NCBI RefSeq assembly: GCF_001194135.2 | Contig: NC_069002.1 | Coordinates: 34,208,000-34,271,999, forward strand | Source of the DNA: Octopus bimaculoides | Lineage: Eukaryota | Reading direction: 5' to 3' | DNA length: 64,000 bases | In this document: positions 40,112 to 53,609 of the stretch, in pieces | Layout: every line of letters begins with the position of its first letter | How positions within the stretch are numbered: the first letter of the stretch is position 1 | Notes under the pieces: generated by a model | Database searches by the model: none | Told to the model about the DNA's origin: nothing | The model's input: the letters and a program-made list of their open reading frames with translations, nothing else | Translations under genes and position numbers: made by a program

Positions 40112-41715
40112 GGCGTATGTATGTATATTTGTATGTATATACTAATGTGTATAATCGTGAAATCAGATGCAATGCAACATCCTTGTAAACGAAGACTTAT
40201 GCAATCTACACATGCAAAACATTAGTAGATACAGAGAGAGAGAGAGAGAGAGACGTACAACTAACGGTACGTTTAGTCCTACTGATACGCATTTACACGC
40301 GGTTAACCACACACATAACACTCACAGTATGAAACCTAACACAACGATTTCTTGGAACCAGGATTTGTCCATTGTTTGATGTTATGCAGAGTGTCAACAT
40401 TTCATAACAATTTATAAGCGACAGCGAGTCACGTGCAGGTGAAGCCCATTCACTCGATTCAGTTATATGTGGTATGTGAAGCGCGCCCTACACAGAAATA
40501 ATTATACATCTTTGTCTAATTAGTGGACTTGAGCATAAATTTGAAACGCAAGCCCGAAACTGTACTAGCTGGCTGTATTCTATCATCATCAGAACCACAA
40601 ACATTGTAGAAACTAGAAGAGACTACGAAGAAATCGAGCAGCAAAAAAGAAAGGCTCGACAAAATGAAACGCGTCCTCTACACATGCAAAACATTAGATA
40701 CAGAACATAATGTCATCTTGTCTTTTGTATGCACGTTGTACCCAATTCAGGCATTCACTAACAATACGCCACACTTTCATCCCTCTCACCACACATTCTG
40801 GGTTTGTCGCTCTTAGTTGTTTTATCAATTCTGCATTTCACATACTTTGTCCTCAATGCTTGTCCTTAATACTTTTGTTTTCATCAAATTACTCCTCAGC
40901 ATTCAAACCACCGGCCTTTTCTTGACGTCTACATTTACATAAAACACACAAACGCACATACACATATACACATACAATATGTTCTTGACTGGTAGTGATT
41001 TCTTGGTGACATTGGATATTACCACCTTTGACAGGTACTGCATTTGGCTGACACCAATATACATGACTCGGTATTCTGGCACTAAAGGGCGCTCGCGCAA
41101 TTCACGTACAGTTAAATGTTCCTAGTTCCTATCAAATATATCTGTACTGTAATAAATTGCATGGTGATGATAGCAGATCAAACCGATCTAATTTACAGTT
41201 AATGTGAATATTAAAGCCAATTTCATCCTTAAAGGTAGGGTTAATTGATCAATAGATTCCAATTAATTTACGTATCACCAAACGGAATAAATTTATGACG
41301 TCATTTATGACACGATATATCCCTTCTTTTCTTCCTTGCTAAAATGAAATAAGCACAAACGTTGACATATAGTTTGCTCTTTTTGAAAGAATAAGTAATC
41401 TTAATGAAACATAGTATCATTTTGCAGAAAACCTTTTATACGTAAAATGATAAGATAGCTGTGTACAAATCTAATCTACACTTATAAACGCTAAATCTAT
41501 CCATATAACAACACTTGCAGCATTGATGCTATAAATTTACTACCTATATTGATTATTTTGTTTTGTCCCTCTTTGGCCAATTATTTACACAAGAGTAGGA
41601 AAATCAGTTTCCACAACACCAGAAATCCGGATATTAATTCGTTCTATTTTTCGCATTATTTTTGTTTCTTATGTATACTGTCAATGTCGCCAACGACCTC
41701 ACAATTTCGTTTGTG

Positions 41716-41759
<44 letters not shown>

Positions 41760-41761
41760 GC

Positions 41762-41905
41762 CATGATTGATCGCTAGCCACTAAATCTTTTATGTTCTCT
41801 CTCTGTTTATTTCTGTGTTCCTTTCTGTTGAAGAGCGTAGGCTCGAAACGTAAAAGACTTTCTCACATCCCGAGCGTTAAACTAATGCATCTGTTTGTTG
41901 TTGAA
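41762..41905 (+). mobile_element. Penelope-like terminal-repeat remnant with hammerhead-like core (A6 changed to T)
   Basis: CTTT-CTGTTGA-A-GAGC(GTAG)GCTC-GAAACGT-A-AAAG at 41821-41856, adjacent to (TA)n. Confidence 0.55.
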
Positions 41906-42104
41906 TGCTACTGTAGCTTTTAGCCTCAGGAGAACATCTCCTCCAGCTGGCTATTGACACACTTTCTGTGCCCTATCAGTATTTGCAAAGGGAAGTAATC
42001 ATTCCCATCATCCACCTGACGTGATACGCATAGACCAGGGTGTCTGGTTATTTACCCTTCGTCAGCGTACGACAATCACCGATCTTCGATGCGAACGGGT
42101 CCCA

Positions 42105-42137
<33 letters not shown>

Positions 42138-42212
42138 TCCACACACAGGGATACATAACATAAAACATAGACATATACATACGGACATGTATAAATATTA
42201 ATCTAAATATGT

Positions 42213-42337
<125 letters not shown>

Positions 42338-42948
42338 AAGTGAAACTAACTGTAACGCTAGTTGTGTACTAATGCATACTGAGTATATTTAGCAAATACT
42401 TACAATTGTATTCTACTCATTTCTTTCCTTTCAATACAGTCAGATTGAGTACTCCATCTGTCGAAGTATTTAAAATAAATACGTATTATCACAGACAGAT
42501 TTCATTTTTTTTTTTTATTTAATTCGTAATTTATTTTCTTAAAGGAAAGTCCTCAAATTCTAAATGAATTTTAAGTGTTTTCTATTTTATCAATTTGTCA
42601 CAGACACCCTCTGTGAGAATCGACAATTGCGAAAGAAGACAAAATAAAGTACAAAGTAGAGAAGAAAAAAAATTCTGTAAAATTCTCATTAACTGAACAT
42701 ACAAGAAATAGATACAAATAGAAGTATTGGAATTGAATGAAATACAAAATAAATATATAAAGCATAAATAAATAGAAAAAAAATTAGCTAAACTAATAAA
42801 TTAAATTTTTTTAAAAATGTTATTGCGACTAAATACTTGTTTTAAGAGTTTTCATCCATCTCGAGATTCTACTTGTAAGAATCAAATTTATCAAAATGAA
42901 AATAAACATACTGTAAAAACTTCACACGCACGGAAATTATGTATGTGC

Positions 42949-42995
<47 letters not shown>

Positions 42996-43268
42996 GATTT
43001 CTATGTGTGTGTGTTTGCGTGTGGGCATGCGTATATTCGCATATATGCAGACGATACATGTATGTGTACAGAAATATAGGTATGAACACAAGAATATATA
43101 TCTGTTGATATACATACGGCGTTACACCGTCTTGCTCATCTGCCTAGCTGTCTAACTTGGTCTGTAGCTATATATTTATCTACTTACGACTATATCTCTG
43201 CCCTCCTTCTCTCTCTCCCTCTATCTCTCTCTGTTGCACTGACAAACGTAAATAAAATTACGAATTAC

Positions 43269-43390
43269 GCTAGGATGTTGCACTTACAATCGCTAGATCG
43301 TGGTTTCAATTCCTATAACGGGTGGTCCGTTGTGTTCCTGAGCAAACCTCTAATTATGTCACCTTGCTCTGCGATCCCATCGACGCATGA
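43269..43390 (+). mobile_element. Degenerate SINE family D-like fragment
   Basis: GGTTTCAATTCC..GTTGTGTTCCTGAGCAA. Confidence 0.5.
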
Positions 43391-43962
43391 TGCGTGGCAC
43401 ACAGACGTCTATCTGATGAAGGGTAGATAGATATACCATTATGTCATTAACTGTTATGTTTTCGAATCATCTTAGCAGACTATATTCGAATCATTCGCTG
43501 AGAGGATTCGAAAGCATAACACCTAATAACCGTACGGTATATTTTTTCTGCCTATCTGATGAGACTTTGCCCAACATATTGATTTAATAATAGATATTTA
43601 ATCTTTTAGTCTAAATTGAAACAACTGTAAATGAATATGTTGGATTGTTTGAGACAATAATTTATATTGATGCTATATCTCCATTTTCTTAATTTTCTCA
43701 TATGTATGTATATACTCGGTATGTTTATGCGTTCGTCTGTCTGCCGTGTTTCTTGAAAACTTAGTCCGTAATAGGAAACGTGAATTATTAATTTTAAGTT
43801 TTGGTAATAAATTAAATAATTTACACACACACACACACACACACACGCGTGTGTGTGTGTATATGTATGTGTGTATATGTGTGTGGGTGTGTGTATATGC
43901 ACACACATATGCTTGTTTGTGTTTGTGTGTGTGGTTCAGTAATTAATACTTTCTCCTTCAGT

Positions 43963-44006
43963 CGTATGTAGAACTACGTATGTAGAACTACGTATGTAGA
44001 ACTACG
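43963..44006. repeat. 14-bp tandem repeat x3 (CGTATGTAGAACTA)
   Basis: Direct reading. Confidence 0.9.
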
Positions 44007-44669
44007 CACATAGAGACGCTTCATCCCTATCTCCTACTCGCTTTATTTTTCTTCTCTGTCCTATCTCCCCCCCCCTCTCTCTCTCTCTGCCTCGCTCCGG
44101 CTCACCTGCACACACATTCAAACAGCCTTCTCCACACATAATATTCCTGTATTGTTTTCATTGAAGTGATATCATCCGAGATATAACTTGTCAAAAACAG
44201 CCATTGTCCTTTATATTTGCCAATTAATGTTTGTTAGAGTTGTCAATTAATAAAGCCGTCTACTGTTTTAGATATTTAATTTTCCTTCTTCATGTTCTTA
44301 ATTAATATAAGACGATGAAGTAGGAGTTATCAGGTTGTGTGTGGGAGAAAACATTGATTAGCAAACGAAATATGCTTCATCTGCAGTATTTAATTAGGAA
44401 CTGGTATATGATGCAATTCTATTACCAGAATCAGACATAAATATTTTCAGTTGAAGACTGATATAGGGAATGTTTAAAGCAATGTATATTGCAAATTCAT
44501 TGAAATTTTGTTGTAACCTGAAAAAAAAAAAGGAAGTAAAACAACATCTAATGCCAACCATTAATGAGTCACAGAAAACGTTCGCTAATTTCGAGCATTT
44601 AAGGATTAAACATTCAAAGTGAAACTTACATACTTATTAGAAAGAGTTTGAAATATTTTACTGACGTTA

Positions 44670-45455
44670 GGCGGCGAGCTGTCAGAAGCGTTCGCGCGCC
44701 TGGTGAAATGCTTGGCGGTATTTCGTCTGTCTCCACGTTCTGAGTTCAAATTCCGCCGAGGTCAACTTTGCCTTTCATCCTTTCGGGGGTTGATAAATTA
44801 AGTACCAGTTATGTACTGAGATCGATCTAATCGACTGGCCCCCATCCCAAGAAATTTTGTTGACCTCAGGGCAGCGAGCTGGCACAGTCGTCAGCACACC
44901 TCGCCAAACGCTTTGCTGCATTTCGTTCTTTACGTTCTGAGTGTAAATTCTACCGAGGTCGACTTTGTCTTTTATCATTTCCGTGTCAATAAAATAAGTA
45001 CCAGTTGATTATTGGGGTCGATATAATAGGCTTCGTCCTCCCTCAAGATCCATGCCCTTGTATCGGAAATAGAAACCTAGATGCTGGTGATTATATCGAG
45101 GTTCACGATACCGCCAGAGCTGTTAATTATATAATCGACCAGTCGGTGGTGGTGGTGGTGGTGGTGCCCTGATATTGGCCATGTTTCTGATTGTGTTTGT
45201 GTAAAAGTAAAGTAGTTATGATATACAGTAATGGCCAGGTGGCAGAATCATTAGCTCGCTGGAAAAATGTTGAGCAACATTTTGTTGGTTGACAGTCTGA
45301 GTTTAAAATCCACCGAGGTTGATTTTGTTTCTCGTTTTTTTTTTAAATTTTCGCGTTGATAAAGTAAATATCAGCTGATCTCTAGGGCGGTGTAATATAC
45401 CTGCTTCCCCCCACCATCCGCAAAACTACTGGCCTTGTGCAACAATTCGAAGCAA
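44670..45455 (+). mobile_element. Cluster of three SINE family B copies (44670-44860, 44869-45076, 45235-45455)
   Basis: Each has head, GAGT.CAAATTC and GAGGT.GA.TTTG body. Confidence 0.85.
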
Positions 45456-47529
45456 ATATTTTGCTGACGTAGACATATCAAAAAGAAAGACAGAATACAT
45501 GTTATAAGCGAGGGCCTAGCCGTTAATGTGTTATTAATTTCTGTAGGTTGTAACTTATAAGAAGTATGTAGCCATTAAATCACATTCGCCAGTTTCCAAA
45601 ATGCATCGTATGAAGAACTCTGTATATCAGAAACGTGATATTACATTTGGTAAAACTGGAAATTCATAAAATATGAAAGATTCTAGCCAACCGATTTCCA
45701 ATATACATAGCAATGTTATAGCTGTGATTGTATGATACACACTGTAACATTCGCTAGACGTATTTGTGTATGCATATCTATAATCTTTATAAAATTAATA
45801 CATGAATATTTATATTTATATCAACTAATTATACAACACACGCACACATGAACTCACTTCGGTTTTGCGTTTTGTTTTCATGTGGTTGGGTCATGTCAAG
45901 ACCTACTGCTGAGCTACCCGTGTCTACCTCTGTCAGTATCGTCTGCAACTGAGCTATGACTTCACTGGTGAGTCACGTGCAAACCGTAGGTATTTCGTTA
46001 GTTCACCGTTGATGAAGTCCGCGTCCCATAGCTAATAAATATATTTGATGACCACCACTTGACATGTGGTACAGAGATTTGGCGACCGGCGGGTACGAAT
46101 GTGTGTCTGCGTGCATCTATATGCCTTTTGCATGCATGTGTGAGCGCATGTATGTATGTGAGTGTGTGCTTGTGTTTCTGTGTATGTGCGTGTGTGTATT
46201 TCTGCACACATTTTGTCTGCAAATTGTAACCAAGACAATATTGAGCATACTAATCGAACGCCGCGGACCTCAAGTACAGTTCGTTTTCTTCCGATGGAAC
46301 TTCCGACCCATGTCGCTATGCTTATGGTGTCTTACTTATCTGTTGTGCTGAAATATTTGCAATATATTCGACGGTATTTTTTATAATCATTGTAGTGCGA
46401 TTGACTGTGTGTGTTCGTGTATCTGTGCGCGCGCGCGCGTGTGTGTTGATGCTTGTTTTACTTTTGACGATGCGTTTGATTATTTAGTTGCTGTAGATGC
46501 TTGTGATTATATCGAGGTTGACGATTTCACCAATGCTGCTGATATATAATCGACCAACTGTTGATGCAGCTGTTGATGTTGGTAAGATGGTGGTGTCCTG
46601 ATATTGGCCATGTTGCTGATTGTCTTTGTGTTAAGCTATGATAGTTATGATATACAGTGATGGTCAGGTGGATGAGGTGAAAATTGAGGTGAAGAAATCT
46701 TTTAAATTCTACCCAATCTTAACCTTTATCAATGATTGCTATCTGACTTCAATCAAGACGAAGAAGCATCTTTTCAAAACCAATAGTAAGTTTCCTTCTC
46801 AGAAATTCTTGAAATTTAATTGAAGGAGCAACATTTTTCAAAGATATCCAATACATCAAAAGCATCGAATTAACCACTTATCATCTATTAAGATCGTCTA
46901 TTAAAAACTGCAGGAAAGGCTTGCAGGAGAAACGATGTAGCTGTTGGCAACTTTCTTTAGATGTTGAAATTATGAGACACAAAGATAGTCGGTTCCATCT
47001 TCAGTCGTGGAAAAGGAAATTACGAAGGTTTTGGCTATCTTTAATTCGTGATTAGCTCCCAGAAAAATTGTATTTACGATTTAATTTCTATTTCTAGTTT
47101 ACGGAAATCATATTTGACAATATAAAAGCGATTAATTATGATGTTAAATACATTCACACTTCACACCTACTAGAGTTATTCATTCTGTGTATAGATTACA
47201 GAGATATTGTTCAATCTCTATCTCTGTCTCTCTCTTCTTTCCCTCTCATTCTTTGTTTCTCTATGTATACATGCATTGGTTTGCGCATATATATATATAT
47301 ATATACACACACATATATAGATATATACACATACATATATACATACATAAATACAAACTTACATATCATATGGAGTAATATATAGAAGTTTGTGAGCCGT
47401 TAACTGGTGTACATAACCGTCACATGTGGGTAATAGTGAGCACATTTTATTAATATCTGTTAGTGTAAGAGTCGGACATAGGGAACCCGAAATGTCAAAT
47501 GCAGTTACAAACCAGAAGAAAAAAAGATG

Positions 47530-48190
47530 CAAGATTATGTGACTAGTGAGAGAATATTTTGCATGGTAGATTTCCAAAGATAGTTGCAAAAAGTAGCAAT
47601 TGTGAGACGTGGATGTGATTGCAGAAAGGATGGCTGAAAAGGGAGACATAATGATTGTTAGTAGCAGCAGAAGATTAAACATTGAGGAATAATTGGATAA
47701 AAGACAAAGTCAGCAGATTGCCAATGCAGGTTATATATACATATATGAACAGAAGAAAACGTTACTGACAAGCATGAAAATTGTAAATGTTTTAGAAAGT
47801 AAGAAATATAAAATGTGACATTTTAACATTCCGAATGACAAAATAATAGAAGTTGGAAGACCTGATTTAGTGGTAGTAGACAAAGGGAATGGAAAGTACC
47901 AGGTAATTGACTTCACAGTCCCAAAGGATGTGGAAGTCATTATCAGAGTTTTAGAGAAAATGACAAAAAAAACAACAAAAAAACAGGACATAGCCATTGA
48001 GTTACAGTGCGGGGAAAGTGTAACCTTGGAGTTATATATGCATTAGTAACTAAACCTAGTGATTTCAACAGATTGATGGAGAAAATATACTTTGGTACTG
48101 CTCCAGAAAACAATGTTATAAGGGACAGTTAGAATGCTTCGGAAGTGTGGCATCTAATGTTATTTGTTATAGCCCGAGGTTAAGAATTTT
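47530..48190 (+). mobile_element. Dong/R4-clade non-LTR retrotransposon 3' portion (pseudogenised)
   Basis: LHGRFP..ETWM*LQKGWLKRET**LLVAAED*TLRNNWIK; FNIPNDKIIEVGRPDLVVVDKGNGKYQVIDFTVPKD (PD..D endonuclease motif); LLQKTML*GTVRMLRK. Confidence 0.85.
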
Positions 48191-48297
48191 TTTTTAACAG
48201 TTTAACCTGTTGTGCATAGATGAAAAACAAATAACAAAACAACAGCAACAACAATAACACAAAAAATAACAACAATAATACGGGTTTTAAATGTTTA

Positions 48298-48595
48298 GCG
48301 GAAGAATTTAGAATGTAAAGACGGACGAAATGCCGTTGAACATTTTGCCCGACGTGTCAGCAATACTATTAGTTTGCCGCACTTATCGTTTTAAAGTTTT
48401 GCACAAGGCCAGTAACATTTTTTTATTGAGAGTGTGGTCAGTCGGTTACCTTAACTCTAGTATTCAACTGGAACTTATTTTATCGTCTCCTAAAGGACGA
48501 GAGGCAAGGGTGACCTAGGTAGAATTAGAAGGCAGAATGTACAGGACGAAGAAATATCGTTCAGTAGTTTAAGTACTCCGCGATCACGCCGACCT
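48298..48595 (-). mobile_element. Two degenerate SINE family B pieces
   Basis: AGAATGTAAAGACGGACGAAATGCCG and ACAAGGCC..AAGGACGAGAGGCAAGGGTGACC. Confidence 0.6.
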
Positions 48596-49144
48596 GGATG
48601 CTTATGTGCATGTGAAAGAGTAATAGAGAGAGAGATAAAGAAAGAAAGAGGTGGGAGGGAGAGAAAGATGGAGGAGGGGTGTGTAAGCGCGCAAAAGCAT
48701 ATGCATTATTCTTGCCATTTTCGAGAAAATAATGCTTTACTATAAAAATAAATACAGGGAATTATTCATTTTTACATAAAGTATGGAGAAATTACCTGCT
48801 AAATTTTTCATTTTTCTTTCAAAATAAAGTGTTTACCTTCTCTAGAAACAGTTGAGAAATAATAGATGATTAGTTATTATTTTTATTTTTTTTATACTTC
48901 GAGAATATCTCGAAAAATTCTTACTTGTAACTTTATTTATTACCAAAGATGTGAGAATATAAATGCTTGGTAAATCAGTAGAATGTTTCTCCAAAAATAT
49001 ACAACACCATTTCTAGCGTAAAGACTAGAATTGTAGATCTGTGTTGATATAAGCATGCGTAATGTCATTAAACGTTTACTGTTGTTAAAATATTTGTTTT
49101 CATTTCCCTGTGGTACATGACTACCTAGTGTGATATTCTTATCT

Positions 49145-49560
49145 AGGGTACAAAACCTGACATTGTTGTCCGAGGAGAGAAGAAAGCAAATATTGTGGAT
49201 ATTACTTCTCCGTGGAACCACAGGGTGAATGAGGAAGAAATTAGAAAGGTTAAGAAATATAATGAGCTGTAGAGGGAAAGCAGGAAACTTTCAGGACGCT
49301 CAGAAGTAGTACCGATTGAGGTTTGCGCAATGGGGGCATCTAGTAAAAGGGTGGATGACTGGTTAGGAATTACCATCAGGACCACAGTCTTTCGGAAAAC
49401 AGCCTTGATGCAAAGAGCAAGGACTGTAATGAGGGGGCTAGAAAGTTGGAGAAAGAATGACCCAAAACACATTTGACCATTTGATGTGAAACGCACTTTT
49501 GCTATAGTGTCGGTATTACATCTGCCAGAGCAAAAGTGTCAAGGCTAGAAATAATAATAA
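49145..49560 (+). mobile_element. Dong/R4-clade endonuclease/C-terminal fragment
   Basis: TKPDIVVRGEKKANIVDITSPWNHRVNEEEIRKVKKYNEL*..VVPIEVCAMGA..FRKTALMQRART; followed by a degenerate (AAT)n tract. Confidence 0.8.
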
Positions 49561-49773
49561 TAATGATGATGATAATATTAACAACAATAATGATAATGAT
49601 GATAATAATAATATTAATAATAATGATAATAATAATAATATTAGTAATAATGATAATAATAATAATAATATAATATATTAATATAATCGAAAATTTAGTT
49701 TTCTAGACGTATTGTGTAATATTTGCATTGTTACTTGTGATAGCTGTACCAACATGTACACACTCATTTGTAT

Positions 49774-49819
<46 letters not shown>

Positions 49820-49842
49820 GCACACACACACATATATATACA

Positions 49843-49913
<71 letters not shown>

Positions 49914-50078
49914 GCATATCTATATACACACAAAGAAACACACATAGAGAGAGGAGGAAATGAGTGACAGTGAGAGATATGCACATATGTGTGTACATGT
50001 TTGTATATCCATGTATTTATGTACGAAAGACAGACATGGAAACGCACATGCGCGCACTCACGCACAGTCACATACACA

Positions 50079-50110
<32 letters not shown>

Positions 50111-50221
50111 NNNNNNNNNNNNNNNNNNNNNNNNNNNNNNNNNNNNNNNNNNNNNNNNNNNNNNNNNNNNNNNNNNNNNNNNNNNNNNNNNNNNNNNNNN
50201 NNNNNNNNNNNNNNNNTATAT

Positions 50222-50259
<38 letters not shown>

Positions 50260-53020
50260 GCGTGTCCATATGCCGTCGTTGCTGTTGTTGCTGCTTTCTG
50301 TTCTATTGTTAACCAAATATAACAAGTAGACAACAACAAAAGTTTTAAAGAATCACTAATATGTGTTGTCACGTTTCACATGAAATACTATTTCAATGTT
50401 GACTTCTATATATTTAGGATTTCTTTGATGTCGTCACATCATCTTTTGAAATCTTCATATTTACATTATAACACCAAATGTCTGCATGCACAACACACAT
50501 ATAATATCATCACAAACAGTTATGCAGATATATTAGGTATCTAATGACAATATGGTGTCATGTGATATGTTGTATGTTTCTAATTTGGCACATCATACGC
50601 CATTATGCTACGTTGGCATAACATATCTAGTTGCTGTTTTTGTTGCTATTTCAGATAACCTCTACGCGGATTGAATGTACATATAGTCAAAACCATTCTA
50701 CTCCTATTGAATTTTGGTAACACCATTATTATTCCGTCAGACATTTCTTTTTTTCTTTTGTTTCTTGCACTATGAGTAAATGCCTTATGGAAAGGAAGAA
50801 AACCGAAGACTATGAGAACTAGGAAATAGGATAAAGATTTTCAACCTGGAGACCTGGGATTAAATTTCAGCACATACTGAACCCAGGAACAGTTCCTGTC
50901 AACCCAGGACCAGTTAGTATTTGTAAACCTGCCTGGCTGAAGAAGTCTACCTACGAGAACCATAGCTGACCTTTATGTAATTTTCTCAAAAATTCTTCCT
51001 TACTTAAGTACAGCCAGGCGGTATTGGTGACAGAAGGTTCTGATAGAAAATCTTGGCCAATTTGCTGTACGGTATCAACGGTAAAACATAGTTGCGGTGA
51101 CAAATTTCCCGTTAAAGAGGCACATTGTCTTTTAGCAGTCATTATTATCCTATCAATTAGGGTGGCAGGGTTTTCTTAACACCAGGCGCATTGAGTATAT
51201 ATTCTCTTACGCCCAAAACGCAGCCGACCCACGAACTAACAACCGCTTATGTATGTGTGTTCGTTTTTTTTTTGTATGATACGAGCTGCGTCTAAAATCA
51301 TATTGAATTTTTCTCGCGGCATGCAACGTTGGAAGATGCCAGGTGATGATTTTCCAAATCATTTAGAATATAGACATAGTCGGTCATATGGTTTTTGGCA
51401 GGGGGTATTGGGTACGTGGCATAGAAAATTCACAAGAATGACGAAATATCGATGTTTGTCATTCCGAGAAAGGGCTCCGACGTGAGTTGTCTCGCTTAGT
51501 TATGCCTTCGTTTCAGGTGTTTTTAACATGAGGCACATTCAGATTGTATACTCTAACGCCTAAAATGGAGCCAACTCACAGGCCAGCAACACTCAGACTC
51601 TTTGTATACGTGTGTTCGTTTTTGTTCATATATATATTTGCTCAGAAAAACGTTCCGATGCATTTTGAAGTTGACGAACACAAAACTGAGACGTTTCCTT
51701 GTTTCAGTAAAACGGTGAAACGAGTAAGCTTCGATCAGTTTTATGTTTTCGTTCTCTTCAGATAACCTTATAAAATTGTAAGTTGTTGTTATTATTATTA
51801 ATATTAGTAGAAGTAGTTGTTGTTGTTGCTATTTTAGTTGTAGTAGCAGCAGCGTATTGTTGTTGCTGTTATGGTTTTTTTAAAATTATTCTTACTTTTA
51901 AAGGTAAAATTATTATTGAACGAGAATGCCTAAATAATCTTTGGAAGTATTTCTATCATATTCTAAAATTTCAGTTGTCTTTTTTAATTTTGTTTTAATC
52001 TTTTAATTTAATTTGTTTTTATATTCCTTAAATTATCTTGTGGATCTTTGGCAGTTCCTCTTATTATTTTCGTGGGTATTAATAAAGAATTTCATTTAGG
52101 TTTTTTTCTAGTATTTGTTGTTAAATATTTTGCAATTCCCCGTTTTGGATCTTATTTTTATTTTTTTTCTATAGTTTGTAAAAACACTCTGACCACCACC
52201 ACTACCTCCGTCATCATTATCATCATATCACCACCACCATCATCACCGTCATCATCGTCATCATCCTTATCGTTCATATCATAATTATTCATGCTGTTGC
52301 TAACATTGATTAACGAAGGTGTATGATTTTTGCTGTTTCTTGCCGTCGTTGTTGATGCCATTGTGATTATCAGGAACGTTAATTCTTTTTTTCTCCATGA
52401 TAATCAAATATGAAATTTAACGTCATTATTTTCATCTTCACGACCATCATTATCATAACCATATGTAATCATTACGACCGTCAGCTTCATCATCTTCATC
52501 AAAATCATTAACATTGATTGCACTATACGCTTCTTAATCATACTCAACTTAATCACCTTAACAGCAGCAACAGCAGCAGAACAAAATGTATTGTTTTCCT
52601 CCACCTCCTCCTCCTCCTCCTCATCATCATCATTATCATCAACAACATTAGCAACATCATCATAAGGAATTTGGCATTCATTACAAGCACCATCAGTTAT
52701 AGCGATACTATCATATTGCCTTTATTATTCTTTTTAACTCGGGATTTGTTGAAACGCCTAGAGACGTGCATGCATAACAGACTTGATGCTTGCAGCCTAT
52801 GGTACCATGCTATCTGGGTTTTTTTTTTCAACTATTTAATACGTCCTTCATTATTCTTACCGTGCCAAGCAGGCAAATATTTTCTATCAGTTCTACTGGC
52901 CACTCTATTCCGATTTCCTTATTATTCTACTTGGTGCCTTCTGATACTGTCTCCAAGAACCGAACAATAAGTGGCATATTCTTCATCTTTATTTTCCATA
53001 GCCAGACATCATCGTTGCTG

Positions 53021-53081
<61 letters not shown>

Positions 53082-53102
53082 TTTCCTAATTATTATTATT
53101 AT

Positions 53103-53266
53103 AGGCGCAGGAGTGTCTGTGTGGTAAGTAGCTTGCTTACCAAACACATGGTTCCGGGTTCAGTCCCACTGCGTGGCACCTTGGGCAAGTGCCTTCTACT
53201 ATAGCCTCGGGCCGACCAAAGCCTTGTGAGTGGATTTGGTAGACGGAAACTGAAAGAAATCCGTCG

Positions 53267-53326
<60 letters not shown>

Positions 53327-53540
53327 CGTGTTTGTGTGTCTGTGTTTGTCCCCCCAACATCGATTGACAACCGATGTTGGTGTGTTTACCTCCCCGTAAC
53401 CTCGCAGTTCGGCAAAAGAGACTGACATAATAAATACTAGGCTTACAAAGAATAAGTCCAGGGGTCGATTTGCTCGACTAAAGGCGGTGCTCCAGCATGG
53501 CTGCAGTCAAAAGACTGAAACAGGTAAAAGAGTAAAGAGT
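53103..53540 (+). mobile_element. SINE family A, full length, with internal (TA)n(TG)n microsatellite, within (ATT)n
   Basis: A-box-like TGTCTGTGTGG, B-box-like GGTTCAGTCCC, bipartite body; homologous fragments at 8 or more other sites in the window. Confidence 0.92.
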
Positions 53541-53609
53541 ATTATTATTATTCCATTTAATATTATTATTATCATTACTTGTATCAGTACTGTTATTATT
53601 ATTATTTCT

